Shown: one piece after another, positions 53,255 through 61,470 of the stretch
How positions within the stretch are numbered: the stretch's first letter is position 1
Layout of the letters: every line of letters begins with the position of its first letter
Assembly (NCBI GenBank): GCA_035534435.1
Contig: DATLRX010000057.1
Location: 515-64,514 of the forward strand
Length of the DNA: 64,000 nucleotides
Direction of reading: 5' to 3'
Origin: Candidatus Acidiferrales bacterium
Lineage (GTDB): Bacteria; Chloroflexota; Dormibacteria; Aeolococcales; Aeolococcaceae
Notes under the pieces: model-generated
The model's input: the letters and a program-made list of their open reading frames with translations, nothing else
Told to the model about the DNA's origin: nothing
Database searches by the model: none
Program-made: the position numbers and the translations under genes

Positions 53255-54196
53255 CTAGTCGCTGCTCCTGCTGCGCTCAGGCACGAGCCGCTCGACCTTG
53301 AGGAATTCCGGGGGTGCATGGTCGACCTGCAGGGTCGTGTGCTCGACGTGGAAGCGATCCTCGAGGAACCGCTCCAGCTCGAGCCGGATCGCGTGGCAGT
53401 CGTCCCTGGGATGCACGAGCACGTGGGCCGAGAGCGAGGGGAAACCCGACGTCAGCTCCCAGACGTGGAGATCGTGGACGTTGACCACGTGGGCGTGCGC
53501 GGCGAGCGCGCTGCCGATCTCCTCCGGGTCGAGGTCCGCCGGCGACGCCTCGAGCAGCACGCGCCCCGCCTTGCCGAGCAGCCGCACGCCCGCATAGACC
53601 ATCAGGCACGCGACCAGCAGCGAGGCGAGCGCATCGGCGCGTTCGAACCCGGTCGTGACGATCACCACACCGGCGACCAGCGTGCCGATCAGCGCGTAGA
53701 GGTCCGTGAGGATGTGCCGGAAGCTCGCCTCGATGTTGAGGCTCCGCCGGTTCGCGCGCGACAGCTGCCACGTGACCCCGAGGTTCACCACGACTCCCGC
53801 GGCTGCCGTCGCGATCACCGCGCCGCCCTGCACCGACGGCGGTGACGCGACGCGCAGCACCGCCTCGAAGATGAGCACGGCGGCGAGCATCAGGAGCGTC
53901 GCTCCGCTGACGAGGGCCGCGAGGATTTCCGCCCGTTTCAGCCCGAAGGTGAGTCCGCCCTCCGGCGGCCGCTGCGCGAGGCGAACCGCGATCAGCGACA
54001 CGCCGAGTGCGGCGACGTCGGTGAGCATGTGTCCGGCGTCCGAAAGCAGCGCGAGTGACCGTGCCAGGACGCCGATCACCACCTCGGCCACCATGAACGC
54101 GGCGATCAGGCAGAGTGCTGCGACCAGCGATCCCTGATCCGTCTCCGCGCCGGACGGATGAGCGTGATGCGAATCGGCGTCGTGCGGCAGTGACAC
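53255..54196 (-). CDS. cation diffusion facilitator (CzcD/ZitB-like) efflux transporter
   Basis: 313 aa. His-rich N-terminus (HDADSHHAHP), LLSDAGHMLTDV (TM2 HxxxD) and FRHILTDL (TM5), plus a C-terminal cytoplasmic domain. Confidence 0.88.
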   Translation of the reverse strand: MSLPHDADSHHAHPSGAETDQGSLVAALCLIAAFMVAEVVIGVLARSLALLSDAGHMLTDVAALGVSLIAVRLAQRPPEGGLTFGLKRAEILAALVSGATLLMLAAVLIFEAVLRVASPPSVQGGAVIATAAAGVVVNLGVTWQLSRANRRSLNIEASFRHILTDLYALIGTLVAGVVIVTTGFERADALASLLVACLMVYAGVRLLGKAGRVLLEASPADLDPEEIGSALAAHAHVVNVHDLHVWELTSGFPSLSAHVLVHPRDDCHAIRLELERFLEDRFHVEHTTLQVDHAPPEFLKVERLVPERSRSSD

Positions 54197-54205
54197 AGCC
54201 TCACC

Positions 54206-55123
54206 CTACGCCCCGACATCCCACCACAGCGTCACGATCGGTTCCGTAGGAGGCCGCACGGCCCAGAGGCCGTCGTCATACATGAGACGGTCGCCGAGCG
54301 CTGCCGCAACCTCGGCATCGCGACTCGCGTCAAGGCACAGCCGGCGCCGGATCGAAGCCACGGCATCCTCGCGCCGCGCGTAGCCACCGGCGCCGGGTTC
54401 CGTGGGTGCGCTGCGCCGGCGCACCGGGAGTCCGAGGCCACGGAGCAGGGAGACGGCGTCAGCGGCGTCCGGTCGCGATGGACGCTCGAGCCCGTGAAAC
54501 CGCAGCCAGAGGTCTGCCATCCACGACGTCGGGTGCCGGCGCGTGATCTCCATCACCACGCGGTGTCGCGCATGCTTGTGCAGCGCAAGCGCAAACGGGG
54601 CAAGATCGCCCACGTTGTACGCGACATGGTTGCAGACGACGACATCCACAACCGGGGTGCGCCGTTCGACGTCCGGCCACACGCCCCTGATGCTCCGAAC
54701 AGAGACACCGACGCGACGCGCCTGACGGCGAAACTCGGACAGCAAAGCGGCCGACGAGTCGACGCCGATGATCAACGAGCATCGCGGATGCAGCGGCAAC
54801 GACGCGGCGCCGGTGCCGACGCCGACGTCGAGCACGGTGCCGTTCACCGGCAGCCCCTCGAGCGCGCGCCGGTTCGCATACGTGAGCTCACCGGGCTTGA
54901 CGCGCTCGACTCGCGTGCGGAACGGCTCCACGGGGAATCCCCACGGCGATTCCGGCGCGGCGGCAAGGATCGCCTCGGGGAGCACCCACGTCCGCATCGC
55001 GTCTCGCCACTGCTGCGGATCCACAGACGGATCATGCGACAGCGCCCGCCATCCGCTGCGGCTCCAGCAGTAACCCCGTTGCGGCGCAAGGCGTTCCAGA
55101 TCCGCCGGTTGCGTGTCCCCCAC
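54206..55123 (-). CDS. class I SAM-dependent methyltransferase
   Basis: 305 aa. Motif I VLDVGVGTGAASL and post-I IGVDSS. Substrate unknown. Confidence 0.7.
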   Translation of the reverse strand: MGDTQPADLERLAPQRGYCWSRSGWRALSHDPSVDPQQWRDAMRTWVLPEAILAAAPESPWGFPVEPFRTRVERVKPGELTYANRRALEGLPVNGTVLDVGVGTGAASLPLHPRCSLIIGVDSSAALLSEFRRQARRVGVSVRSIRGVWPDVERRTPVVDVVVCNHVAYNVGDLAPFALALHKHARHRVVMEITRRHPTSWMADLWLRFHGLERPSRPDAADAVSLLRGLGLPVRRRSAPTEPGAGGYARREDAVASIRRRLCLDASRDAEVAAALGDRLMYDDGLWAVRPPTEPIVTLWWDVGA

Positions 55124-55147
55124 GTCCGGACTCGGAGGGCAGCAGGC

Positions 55148-56296
55148 ATGGCACGGCGCGGAAGGGTCGGGGTCGTCGCGGCGATCGCAACGCTCGCGCT
55201 CGCCGGCTGCGCCTCGAGGGCGGCGCGGCCCAGCGCGGTCGCGACCACGTCACCGACGCCCGCGCCAGCGACGGCGTCCGCCGCAACCCCGGCGCCGTCG
55301 CTGCCGATCCCCGCCGGGTTTCAACCGGTAGCGCTCAGCGCCATCAGCGAGAACGACTTCTGGGTGCTCGGCCGGTCACCATGCGCCACGGTGCTCGGAT
55401 GCCCGACGGAGATCCTCCACACCGTCGATGGCGGTGCGACGTTCGAGCGCATCACGGCGCCCGCGACCATCTGTCTCACCGGAGCACCACCGGGCGGCGG
55501 ACCACCGACGGTTCGCGACCTTCGCTTTGCGAACGCGTTGGACGGCTGGGTATTCGGCGACGGCCCTGCGTGGTCGACACACGACGGCGGCGAGCACTGG
55601 GCCGAGCTCGATTTCAACTGGACGTTTCTGCAGATCGAGCCCGGCGCCAACGGATGGGTCTACGCGACGGTTCAGATCTGCTCGAACCCCGCTGACACGT
55701 CAACCTGCACCGACTTTGTGATGCGGTCACCGGCTCACGACGAGGAGTGGTCTCAGCTGGCGATACCGGACAATCCGGCAGGACGACCCGTGATCGGCGT
55801 CCACGGCGACACCGTCTGGGTGATGTACTTCGGCCGCAGCACCGGGCTCGCGTGGACATCCCACGACGACGGCAGGATCTGGCAACACGCTTCGATGGCG
55901 TGCGAACCCGACCTCGGCGGTACGTTCGATCCGGTGAGCACGACGGTCATCTGGGCGTTCTGTGCGACTGGGACGCAGGGCGGACCGGCGCTGTCGACCA
56001 ACGGCGGTGCGACCTACGCATTGAAGAACGGACCGCCCAACGACTTCTGGAACGGTGCGACGGTCGCGGCGCAGTCGGCGCAGAAGGCATTCGTCGGCGC
56101 CGGCAACAGTGCCATCCAGGTGACGACGAACGGCGGCCTCACGTATCAGACCCTCCCCCAGTTCCCGACCGCGTTGTGGATCGGGTTCACCGACTCTGCG
56201 GTCGGTTACGTGATCACCGAGGACGACATCACGCTCACTTCCCGACTCTGGCGAACGACCGATGGGGGCAGCGTCTGGAAGCTCGTTACCCTGTGA
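55148..56296 (+). CDS. lipoprotein with BNR/Ycf48-like beta-propeller repeats
   Basis: ATG 55148 in ORF 54494..56296(+). Lipobox LALAGCA and a Pro/Ala/Thr linker. Repeated S/TxDGGxxW-like units: HTVDGGATF, STHDGGEHW, TSHDDGRIW, STNGGATY, TTNGGLTY, TTDGGSVW. Confidence 0.7.
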   Translation: MARRGRVGVVAAIATLALAGCASRAARPSAVATTSPTPAPATASAATPAPSLPIPAGFQPVALSAISENDFWVLGRSPCATVLGCPTEILHTVDGGATFERITAPATICLTGAPPGGGPPTVRDLRFANALDGWVFGDGPAWSTHDGGEHWAELDFNWTFLQIEPGANGWVYATVQICSNPADTSTCTDFVMRSPAHDEEWSQLAIPDNPAGRPVIGVHGDTVWVMYFGRSTGLAWTSHDDGRIWQHASMACEPDLGGTFDPVSTTVIWAFCATGTQGGPALSTNGGATYALKNGPPNDFWNGATVAAQSAQKAFVGAGNSAIQVTTNGGLTYQTLPQFPTALWIGFTDSAVGYVITEDDITLTSRLWRTTDGGSVWKLVTL

Positions 56297-56736
56297 GCGT
56301 GACGACCGACCCTGTTGACCCCGCTGCATTTCCTGGCCCCGCCGAGCTCACGCATCTGCTCGTCGTGTCCGACATCGCTCGCTCCGTCGCCTTCTATCGC
56401 GACGTCGTCGGTGCCGAGCTGTTCCGCGAGTACGGCGGCACGAGTGCCGTGTTCCGGCTCGCGGGCACGTGGTTGCTGCTCGTCACCGGAGGTGGTCCCA
56501 CCGCCGACAAGCCCACCGTCACGTTCGCACCGCCCCACGACCCGAACAGTGTCAGCAGTGAGATGACGTTCCGGGTCGGTGACTGCCGCGCCGTGTACGC
56601 CTCGCTCAAGGAACGCGGCGCGGTGTTTCTCACCCCACCCGTCGACCACGGTTACGAGGTTCGCTGCTTCTTCCGCGACCCCGACGGGCACCTGCTCGAG
56701 CTCAGCGAGGTGTCGTCCCCCGCGTCGCCGGGTTAG
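56293..56736 (+). CDS. VOC/glyoxalase-family protein
   Basis: GTG 56293 (GTGA overlap) in ORF 55747..56736(+). THLLVVSDIARSVAFYRDVVG and FFRDPDGHLLEL are typical VOC beta-alpha-beta-beta-beta modules. Confidence 0.75.
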   Translation: MSVTTDPVDPAAFPGPAELTHLLVVSDIARSVAFYRDVVGAELFREYGGTSAVFRLAGTWLLLVTGGGPTADKPTVTFAPPHDPNSVSSEMTFRVGDCRAVYASLKERGAVFLTPPVDHGYEVRCFFRDPDGHLLELSEVSSPASPG

Positions 56737-57161
56737 GGCTTCCTGTGCGGGACGACCAGAACCGGGCAGGGCGCGATCTGGAGCAGCCGGTGCGCGACGC
56801 TGCCGAGCAACAGCCCGCGGAGCGGTCCGCTCCCGACGCTGCCGAGAACGATCAGATCCGCCTGGGCCGTGGTCGCGGCAGCCGCGATCGGGTGCGCGGG
56901 ACCGCTGATGGTGACCTGGTCCACCTCGAACGACACATCGATGCCCTCCGCCTGCAGCTTCGAGACCTGTGCCCCGATCCGAGTCTTGATCTCGGGTTCA
57001 AGCGCCTGCGCGTGGTGAGCGCCGCCGTGCCCCGGTACCAGCTCATCGACGTACACGACGACCATTCGCGCCTTCTGGTCGACCGCGAGACCCTTCGCGA
57101 ATTCCAGTGCCCGGTCGCCGGCCGCGGAGCCGTCGGTTGCAGCCAGGATGACCTTGAACAT
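56733..57161 (-). CDS. universal stress protein (UspA family)
   Basis: 142 aa. ILAATDGS...ADLIVLGSVGSGPLRGLLLGSVAHRLLQIAPCPVLVV. Confidence 0.88.
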   Translation of the reverse strand: MFKVILAATDGSAAGDRALEFAKGLAVDQKARMVVVYVDELVPGHGGAHHAQALEPEIKTRIGAQVSKLQAEGIDVSFEVDQVTISGPAHPIAAAATTAQADLIVLGSVGSGPLRGLLLGSVAHRLLQIAPCPVLVVPHRKP

Positions 57162-57211
57162 GTCTCACCTCGTTGAACCCCTGACGATGCCCCCAGCATG
57201 TGATCGTGCGC

Positions 57212-57520
57212 CTACGGGTGCAGGGCGTGCACGCCGGCCGCCGTCGCGCAGGCTCCGACCACGACCACGAGGAACGGCGCACGCAGCCCGACGAGGAGGA
57301 AGGCGACCGCGAGGCCCGCAGCGCGCGAGTCGAGCAGGAGGTGGCTGCCCGTCGCGAACACGGAGACTGCGATGAGTGCGCTCAGCAACGTCACAGGGAG
57401 CGCCTCAAGCACTCGCCTCGCCATCGGTGACTCGAGCAGCCGCGCGGGGACGACGTAGCCGGCGAGCTTGAGCGCGACACAGCCGGCCGACGCGATGATC
57501 ACGGCGATCCACAGCTTCAT
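57212..57520 (-). CDS. azlD: branched-chain amino acid exporter small subunit AzlD
   Basis: ATG 57520 in ORF 57212..58225(-). 102 aa, 3-4 TM helices, ATGA overlap with the azlC stop. Confidence 0.75.
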   Translation of the reverse strand: MKLWIAVIIASAGCVALKLAGYVVPARLLESPMARRVLEALPVTLLSALIAVSVFATGSHLLLDSRAAGLAVAFLLVGLRAPFLVVVVGACATAAGVHALHP

Positions 57521-58215
57521 CGGCTGAACGCCAGCAGGAGCGCGACGCCGAGAAGACCGCCGACCAGGATCGGCGCGCCGACCGGGACAAACGGCACGGT
57601 CAGCAGCGCGATGGCCCCTGCCGCGAGTGCCGTCAACCGCATCCGAGCACTGGTGAGCCTGGGCGCCAGCAGCGCCGTGAACGCGGCGGGACCCGCGACA
57701 TCGAGCCCGGTGGCGGCCGGGGATCCGAGGGCATTGCCTGCGAACGCGCCGACGATCGTCGAGAGGTTCCAGAGGACGTAGACGGTCAACGCCGTCGCCC
57801 AGAACGCCCAGGCCGCGTAGCCGGCAGATGCCTCGGTGACGGCCATCGCCGTGCTCTCGTCGATCGTCACCTCCGCCATGAGCAGGCGGCGCCATCCCGT
57901 GGGACGGAGCAGCGCGTTGATCCGCGCCGCGTACAGCCCGTTGCGAGTGCCGAGCAGCAGCGCCGTGCCGACCGCGGAGAAGAGCGAGCCTCCGCCGCCG
58001 ATGACGCTCACGAGCGCGAACTGCGATGCTCCCGAGAACAGCACGAGCGAGAGCAGGCAGATCTGCGCGAGGTTGAGGTGCGTCTCGACGGAGACCGCAC
58101 CGAACGAGAGACCGAACGGAACGACGCTGACCCCGATCGTGACCGCGCGGTTGCGGATGCGGCGATGCGCAGCAGCGCGCAGCGCATCCCGGTGATCGTT
58201 GTTCGGCGCAGACAT
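57517..58215 (-). CDS. azlC: AzlC-family branched-chain amino acid exporter subunit
   Basis: 232 aa polytopic protein. SLVLFSGASQFALV matches the AzlC pattern. Confidence 0.78.
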   Translation of the reverse strand: MSAPNNDHRDALRAAAHRRIRNRAVTIGVSVVPFGLSFGAVSVETHLNLAQICLLSLVLFSGASQFALVSVIGGGGSLFSAVGTALLLGTRNGLYAARINALLRPTGWRRLLMAEVTIDESTAMAVTEASAGYAAWAFWATALTVYVLWNLSTIVGAFAGNALGSPAATGLDVAGPAAFTALLAPRLTSARMRLTALAAGAIALLTVPFVPVGAPILVGGLLGVALLLAFSR

Positions 58216-58265
58216 CGAACCGCAAAGCCTAGGGAAACGCTCGCGATTCGCGCGCGGCGATCGCG

Positions 58266-58295
58266 TTGACAGCTCGATCGCGCCGTCGCTACCCT
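58266..58295 (+). promoter_or_regulatory. sigma-70-like promoter upstream of the MetE-family gene
   Basis: TTGACA (58266-58271), 18 nt, TACCCT (58290-58295). Confidence 0.45.
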
Positions 58296-58314
58296 ACCGG
58301 GCATCCTTCAGACT

Positions 58315-59424
58315 CTGCAGCCACCCTTTCGTGCCGATCACGTCGGCAGCCTGTTGCGACCGGCGCGCCTGATGGAGGCGCGAGCGCGTCGCGCCGCGGG
58401 CGAGATCACCGCAGATCAACTGCGCGAGGTCGAGGACGGCGCGATCCGCGACGTCGTCGCGATGCAGCGCGACGTCGGACTCCGGTCCGCAACTGACGGC
58501 GAGTTCCGCCGGTCGGCATGGCACATGGATTTCATCTATCAACTCGGTGGCGTCACGCAGGCGGACGAGAAGCTGCACGTCCAGTTCTTCAATGACGAGG
58601 GAACACTGGACTTCGCTCCCGCCGCGTTGCGCATCAGCGACAGGATCACGCTTCGCGAAACGATTTTCGCCGACCACTTCAGGTTTCTGCAGTCAACAGT
58701 GACCGGCGGTGTGACCCCGAAGCTGACGATCCCCTCGCCGAGCATGGTGCACTACCGCGGCGGCCGCGCCGCCATCGATGCCGCGGTCTATCCGGACCTC
58801 GAACAGTTCTGGGACGACCTCATCGCCGCGTACGCGAACGAGGTGCGCGCGCTGGGCGACCTCGGCTGCACGTACCTGCAGCTCGACGACACGAGCCTCG
58901 CGTACCTCAACGACCCGCGTCAGCGCGAGTTGATCGCGTCACTCGGAGGCGATCGTGAGCATCAGCACGAGCTGTACATCCGCAACATCAACCGCGTGCT
59001 CGCCGCCAGGCCCCCGGGCATGCGCGTCACCACCCACATGTGTCGCGGCAACTTCCGTTCGTCGTGGGCGGCGGAGGGCGGCTACGATTTCGTCGCCGAA
59101 GCGCTGTTCGGTGAGCTCGCCGTCGACGGTTTCTTCCTCGAGTTCGACGACGCGCGCTCGGGCGGCTTCGAGCCGCTCCGCTTCGTCCCCAAGGGCAAGT
59201 CCGTCGTCTTGGGACTCGTGACGACGAAGCGCGGGACGCTCGAGCACAAGGACGACCTCAAGCGTCGCATCGACGCCGCGGCGAAGTACGTGCCGCTCGA
59301 GCAGCTCTGCCTTTCGCCGCAGTGCGGATTCTCGTCGACCGTCGAGGGCAACACGCTGACGTACGACGAGGAGGTTGCCAAGCTCCGCCTGATCGTCGAG
59401 ACCGCTGCCGAGGTCTGGGGATAG
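58315..59424 (+). CDS. cobalamin-independent methionine synthase family protein (MetE C-terminal-like, YxjG/YxjH type); start uncertain
   Basis: ORF track: TTG 58354..59424. The in-frame sequence upstream reads PPFRADHVGSLLRP, which I recognise as the conserved N-terminus of this family. The only in-frame candidates after the stop at 58267 are ATC 58303 and CTG 58315. The C-terminus has LCLSPQCGFSS (Zn/Cys motif). Confidence 0.75.
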   Translation: MQPPFRADHVGSLLRPARLMEARARRAAGEITADQLREVEDGAIRDVVAMQRDVGLRSATDGEFRRSAWHMDFIYQLGGVTQADEKLHVQFFNDEGTLDFAPAALRISDRITLRETIFADHFRFLQSTVTGGVTPKLTIPSPSMVHYRGGRAAIDAAVYPDLEQFWDDLIAAYANEVRALGDLGCTYLQLDDTSLAYLNDPRQRELIASLGGDREHQHELYIRNINRVLAARPPGMRVTTHMCRGNFRSSWAAEGGYDFVAEALFGELAVDGFFLEFDDARSGGFEPLRFVPKGKSVVLGLVTTKRGTLEHKDDLKRRIDAAAKYVPLEQLCLSPQCGFSSTVEGNTLTYDEEVAKLRLIVETAAEVWG

Positions 59425-59519
59425 CCGACGCGCCCCGGCCGGTGGGCATCCGCAACCGAACGCTTCGCGACCTTGCCAGATTCGTGGGTGTCGATTCGTA
59501 TAGTGTGTCGCCGCCCTGA

Positions 59520-59539
59520 GCGGTCAGAATTCTCACCGC
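59520..59539. promoter_or_regulatory. 20-bp near-perfect palindrome (operator candidate) upstream of the TauE/SafE gene
   Basis: GCGGTCAGAATTCTCACCGC matches its reverse complement at 18/20 positions. It is AT-rich at the centre and lies 88 nt upstream of GTG 59628, downstream of a TATAGT hexamer (59499-59504). Confidence 0.4.
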
Positions 59540-59627
59540 GGAACGCAAACTTGACGCGGGGGTCGCCATCCCCCACAGTATCTCGAGGGCGTCAAACGGG
59601 GCAAACGTTGAGAGGAGGATTCGGGGG

Positions 59628-60554
59628 GTGCATATCGACTTGTATGTCGCGTTGGCCGGGCTCATCGTGGGATGTGCCGTCGGCCTGACGGGGATGGGCG
59701 GTGGCGCACTGATGACCCCGATCCTGGTGCTGGTTTTCGGGGTGGCACCCCTCGCCGCGGTTTCGAGCGACCTGGTCGCGTCGCTGATCATGAAGCCGGT
59801 CGGTGCGGCAGTTCACGCCGGACGTGGAACGGTGCGCTGGAACCTCGCCGCCTGGCTCGCCATCGGCTCCGTGCCGTTCGCGTTTCTCGGTGTCGTGTTC
59901 CTCAAGTCGATCGGCAGCGCGACGCGGGTGCAGCAGGTCGTGAGCGTCGCGCTCGGCTCGGTCCTGCTCCTGGCAGTCGGCGCGTTGGTGTTCAAGATGT
60001 ATCTCGATCACCGCAACGGCAACGCGCACGGTTCGAGCGAGCAGCTGGTCATCAAGAAGCTCCCGACCGTGGCCATCGGCGCATCGATCGGCTTCATCGT
60101 CGGCATCACCTCGGTGGGATCAGGGACGCTCGTCATCGTGCTGCTCCTGTTCCTCTACCCGCGTCTCCGCGGCTCGCAGATGGTCGGCACGGACCTGGCG
60201 CAGGCGATTCCGATGGTCGGCTCGGCGGCGCTGGCACACGTCGTCTTCGGTGATTTCAAGCTTGGCCTGACGGCCTCGATCCTCATCGGCAGCATTCCCG
60301 GTGTCCTCATCGGAGCTGCGATCTCGTCGTACGCGCCGACCGCGTTCATTCGAGGCGCACTCGCCGCCGTGCTTCTCGTCTCCGGCCTGAAGCTCGTGAG
60401 CGTGCCGACTCTCGCGATCGGCATCGTCCTGCTCGCATCCGTCGTCGTCCTGCTCGGGATCTGGGTCTGGATCCGCGCCAGCGGTCGCACCCTGCGCGAG
60501 GTGTCCGGCGAGACTGCGGTACAGGTCAAGTCACCCTCGCTCTCGACACCCTGA
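59628..60554 (+). CDS. TauE/SafE-family sulfite/anion exporter membrane protein
   Basis: 308 aa. GTG start preceded by GAGAGGAGGA (Shine-Dalgarno). GLTGMGGGALMTPIL and a duplicated 4-TM pattern (ITSVGSGTLVIVLL). Confidence 0.8.
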   Translation: MHIDLYVALAGLIVGCAVGLTGMGGGALMTPILVLVFGVAPLAAVSSDLVASLIMKPVGAAVHAGRGTVRWNLAAWLAIGSVPFAFLGVVFLKSIGSATRVQQVVSVALGSVLLLAVGALVFKMYLDHRNGNAHGSSEQLVIKKLPTVAIGASIGFIVGITSVGSGTLVIVLLLFLYPRLRGSQMVGTDLAQAIPMVGSAALAHVVFGDFKLGLTASILIGSIPGVLIGAAISSYAPTAFIRGALAAVLLVSGLKLVSVPTLAIGIVLLASVVVLLGIWVWIRASGRTLREVSGETAVQVKSPSLSTP

Positions 60555-60558
60555 CGGC

Positions 60559-61422
60559 TCAGGGCGCGGGCGGCCCCGCCAGGAGTCGTTCGCGGATCTG
60601 ACGCATGCGCCCCTCGGAGTGATGCGGCAGCTCCCAGCGGGTCTCGAGCCACCACGCACATCCGGCATCGACCCAGGGCGACAGTTGAGCGGCCGCCGCC
60701 ACGCGGTCGCTCGCCGGTGTCTCGCCGTCGACGATGATGTCGATGTCGGTCCCGCCCCGCTCAGCGAGCCACACTCGCAGGTCCCGAACGTCGTCCGGGC
60801 CGCCGGCGCGCCCGGGCACCGCCCACTGCGGGATCACCCCGTCGCAGCGCAACACCCGCTGCATCGACTTCGGACGCGGCCAGACACCGACCACCCAGAT
60901 CGGCATCCGCTGCTGCACGGGCCGGGCGACCTCCCCGAGGTCCGCTCGGCTGCTCTCGAAGTGGTAGTGGCGCCCGTGGAAGCTCGAGCCTCCGTCCCAG
61001 AGCGTGCGAATCAGGTCGATGCCTTCGTCGAGGTACTCGGCGCGCATGCGGAGATCGATCACCTCGCCGGTGTCGGGGAGCTCGGTGTCCACCGCCCCGA
61101 GACCGACGGCGAGCACGGCCCGGCCGGCTGACACCTGGTCGAGCGTGATCACCTGGCTCGCGACCTTCCACGGACGCCGCCACGGCAGCGGCGTCAGCAT
61201 CGTGCCGAGCTTGACGCGGTCGGTGCGTGTGGCCATCGCGGCCAGGAGCGTCCAGGCGTCGACGCCGTATGCCGCCTCCCAGACGAAGACGCCGTCCCAG
61301 CCCGCCTGTTCCGCCACCACGGCGAGTTCGAGCTGCTGTGCGGCGGTGCCGCCTGGAAGCACGACCCCGAACTGCATCCGTCCTCTCTCCACTACCGTGA
61401 TCCGATGGGTCGGGTCGGACAT
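60559..61422 (-). CDS. LLM-class (luciferase-like) flavin/F420-dependent oxidoreductase
   Basis: 287 aa. MQFGVVLP..., AEQAGWDGVFVWE, GRAVLAVGLG pattern. ATG 61377 (MQFGV) is an alternative start. Confidence 0.75.
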   Translation of the reverse strand: MSDPTHRITVVERGRMQFGVVLPGGTAAQQLELAVVAEQAGWDGVFVWEAAYGVDAWTLLAAMATRTDRVKLGTMLTPLPWRRPWKVASQVITLDQVSAGRAVLAVGLGAVDTELPDTGEVIDLRMRAEYLDEGIDLIRTLWDGGSSFHGRHYHFESSRADLGEVARPVQQRMPIWVVGVWPRPKSMQRVLRCDGVIPQWAVPGRAGGPDDVRDLRVWLAERGGTDIDIIVDGETPASDRVAAAAQLSPWVDAGCAWWLETRWELPHHSEGRMRQIRERLLAGPPAP

Positions 61423-61470
61423 ACAACGATACCGCCGTCCCTTTTCGGCGGGTCAGCGCGTATTACTCCC

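Noticed and set aside
59425-59627. Possible tRNA or known riboswitch in the 203-nt gap upstream of the TauE gene
   Set aside because: There is no cloverleaf-compatible arms or GGTTCGAATCC-type T-loop. I recognise no riboswitch core sequence (SAM, B12, TPP and others). I reported it only as a palindrome/hairpin region.
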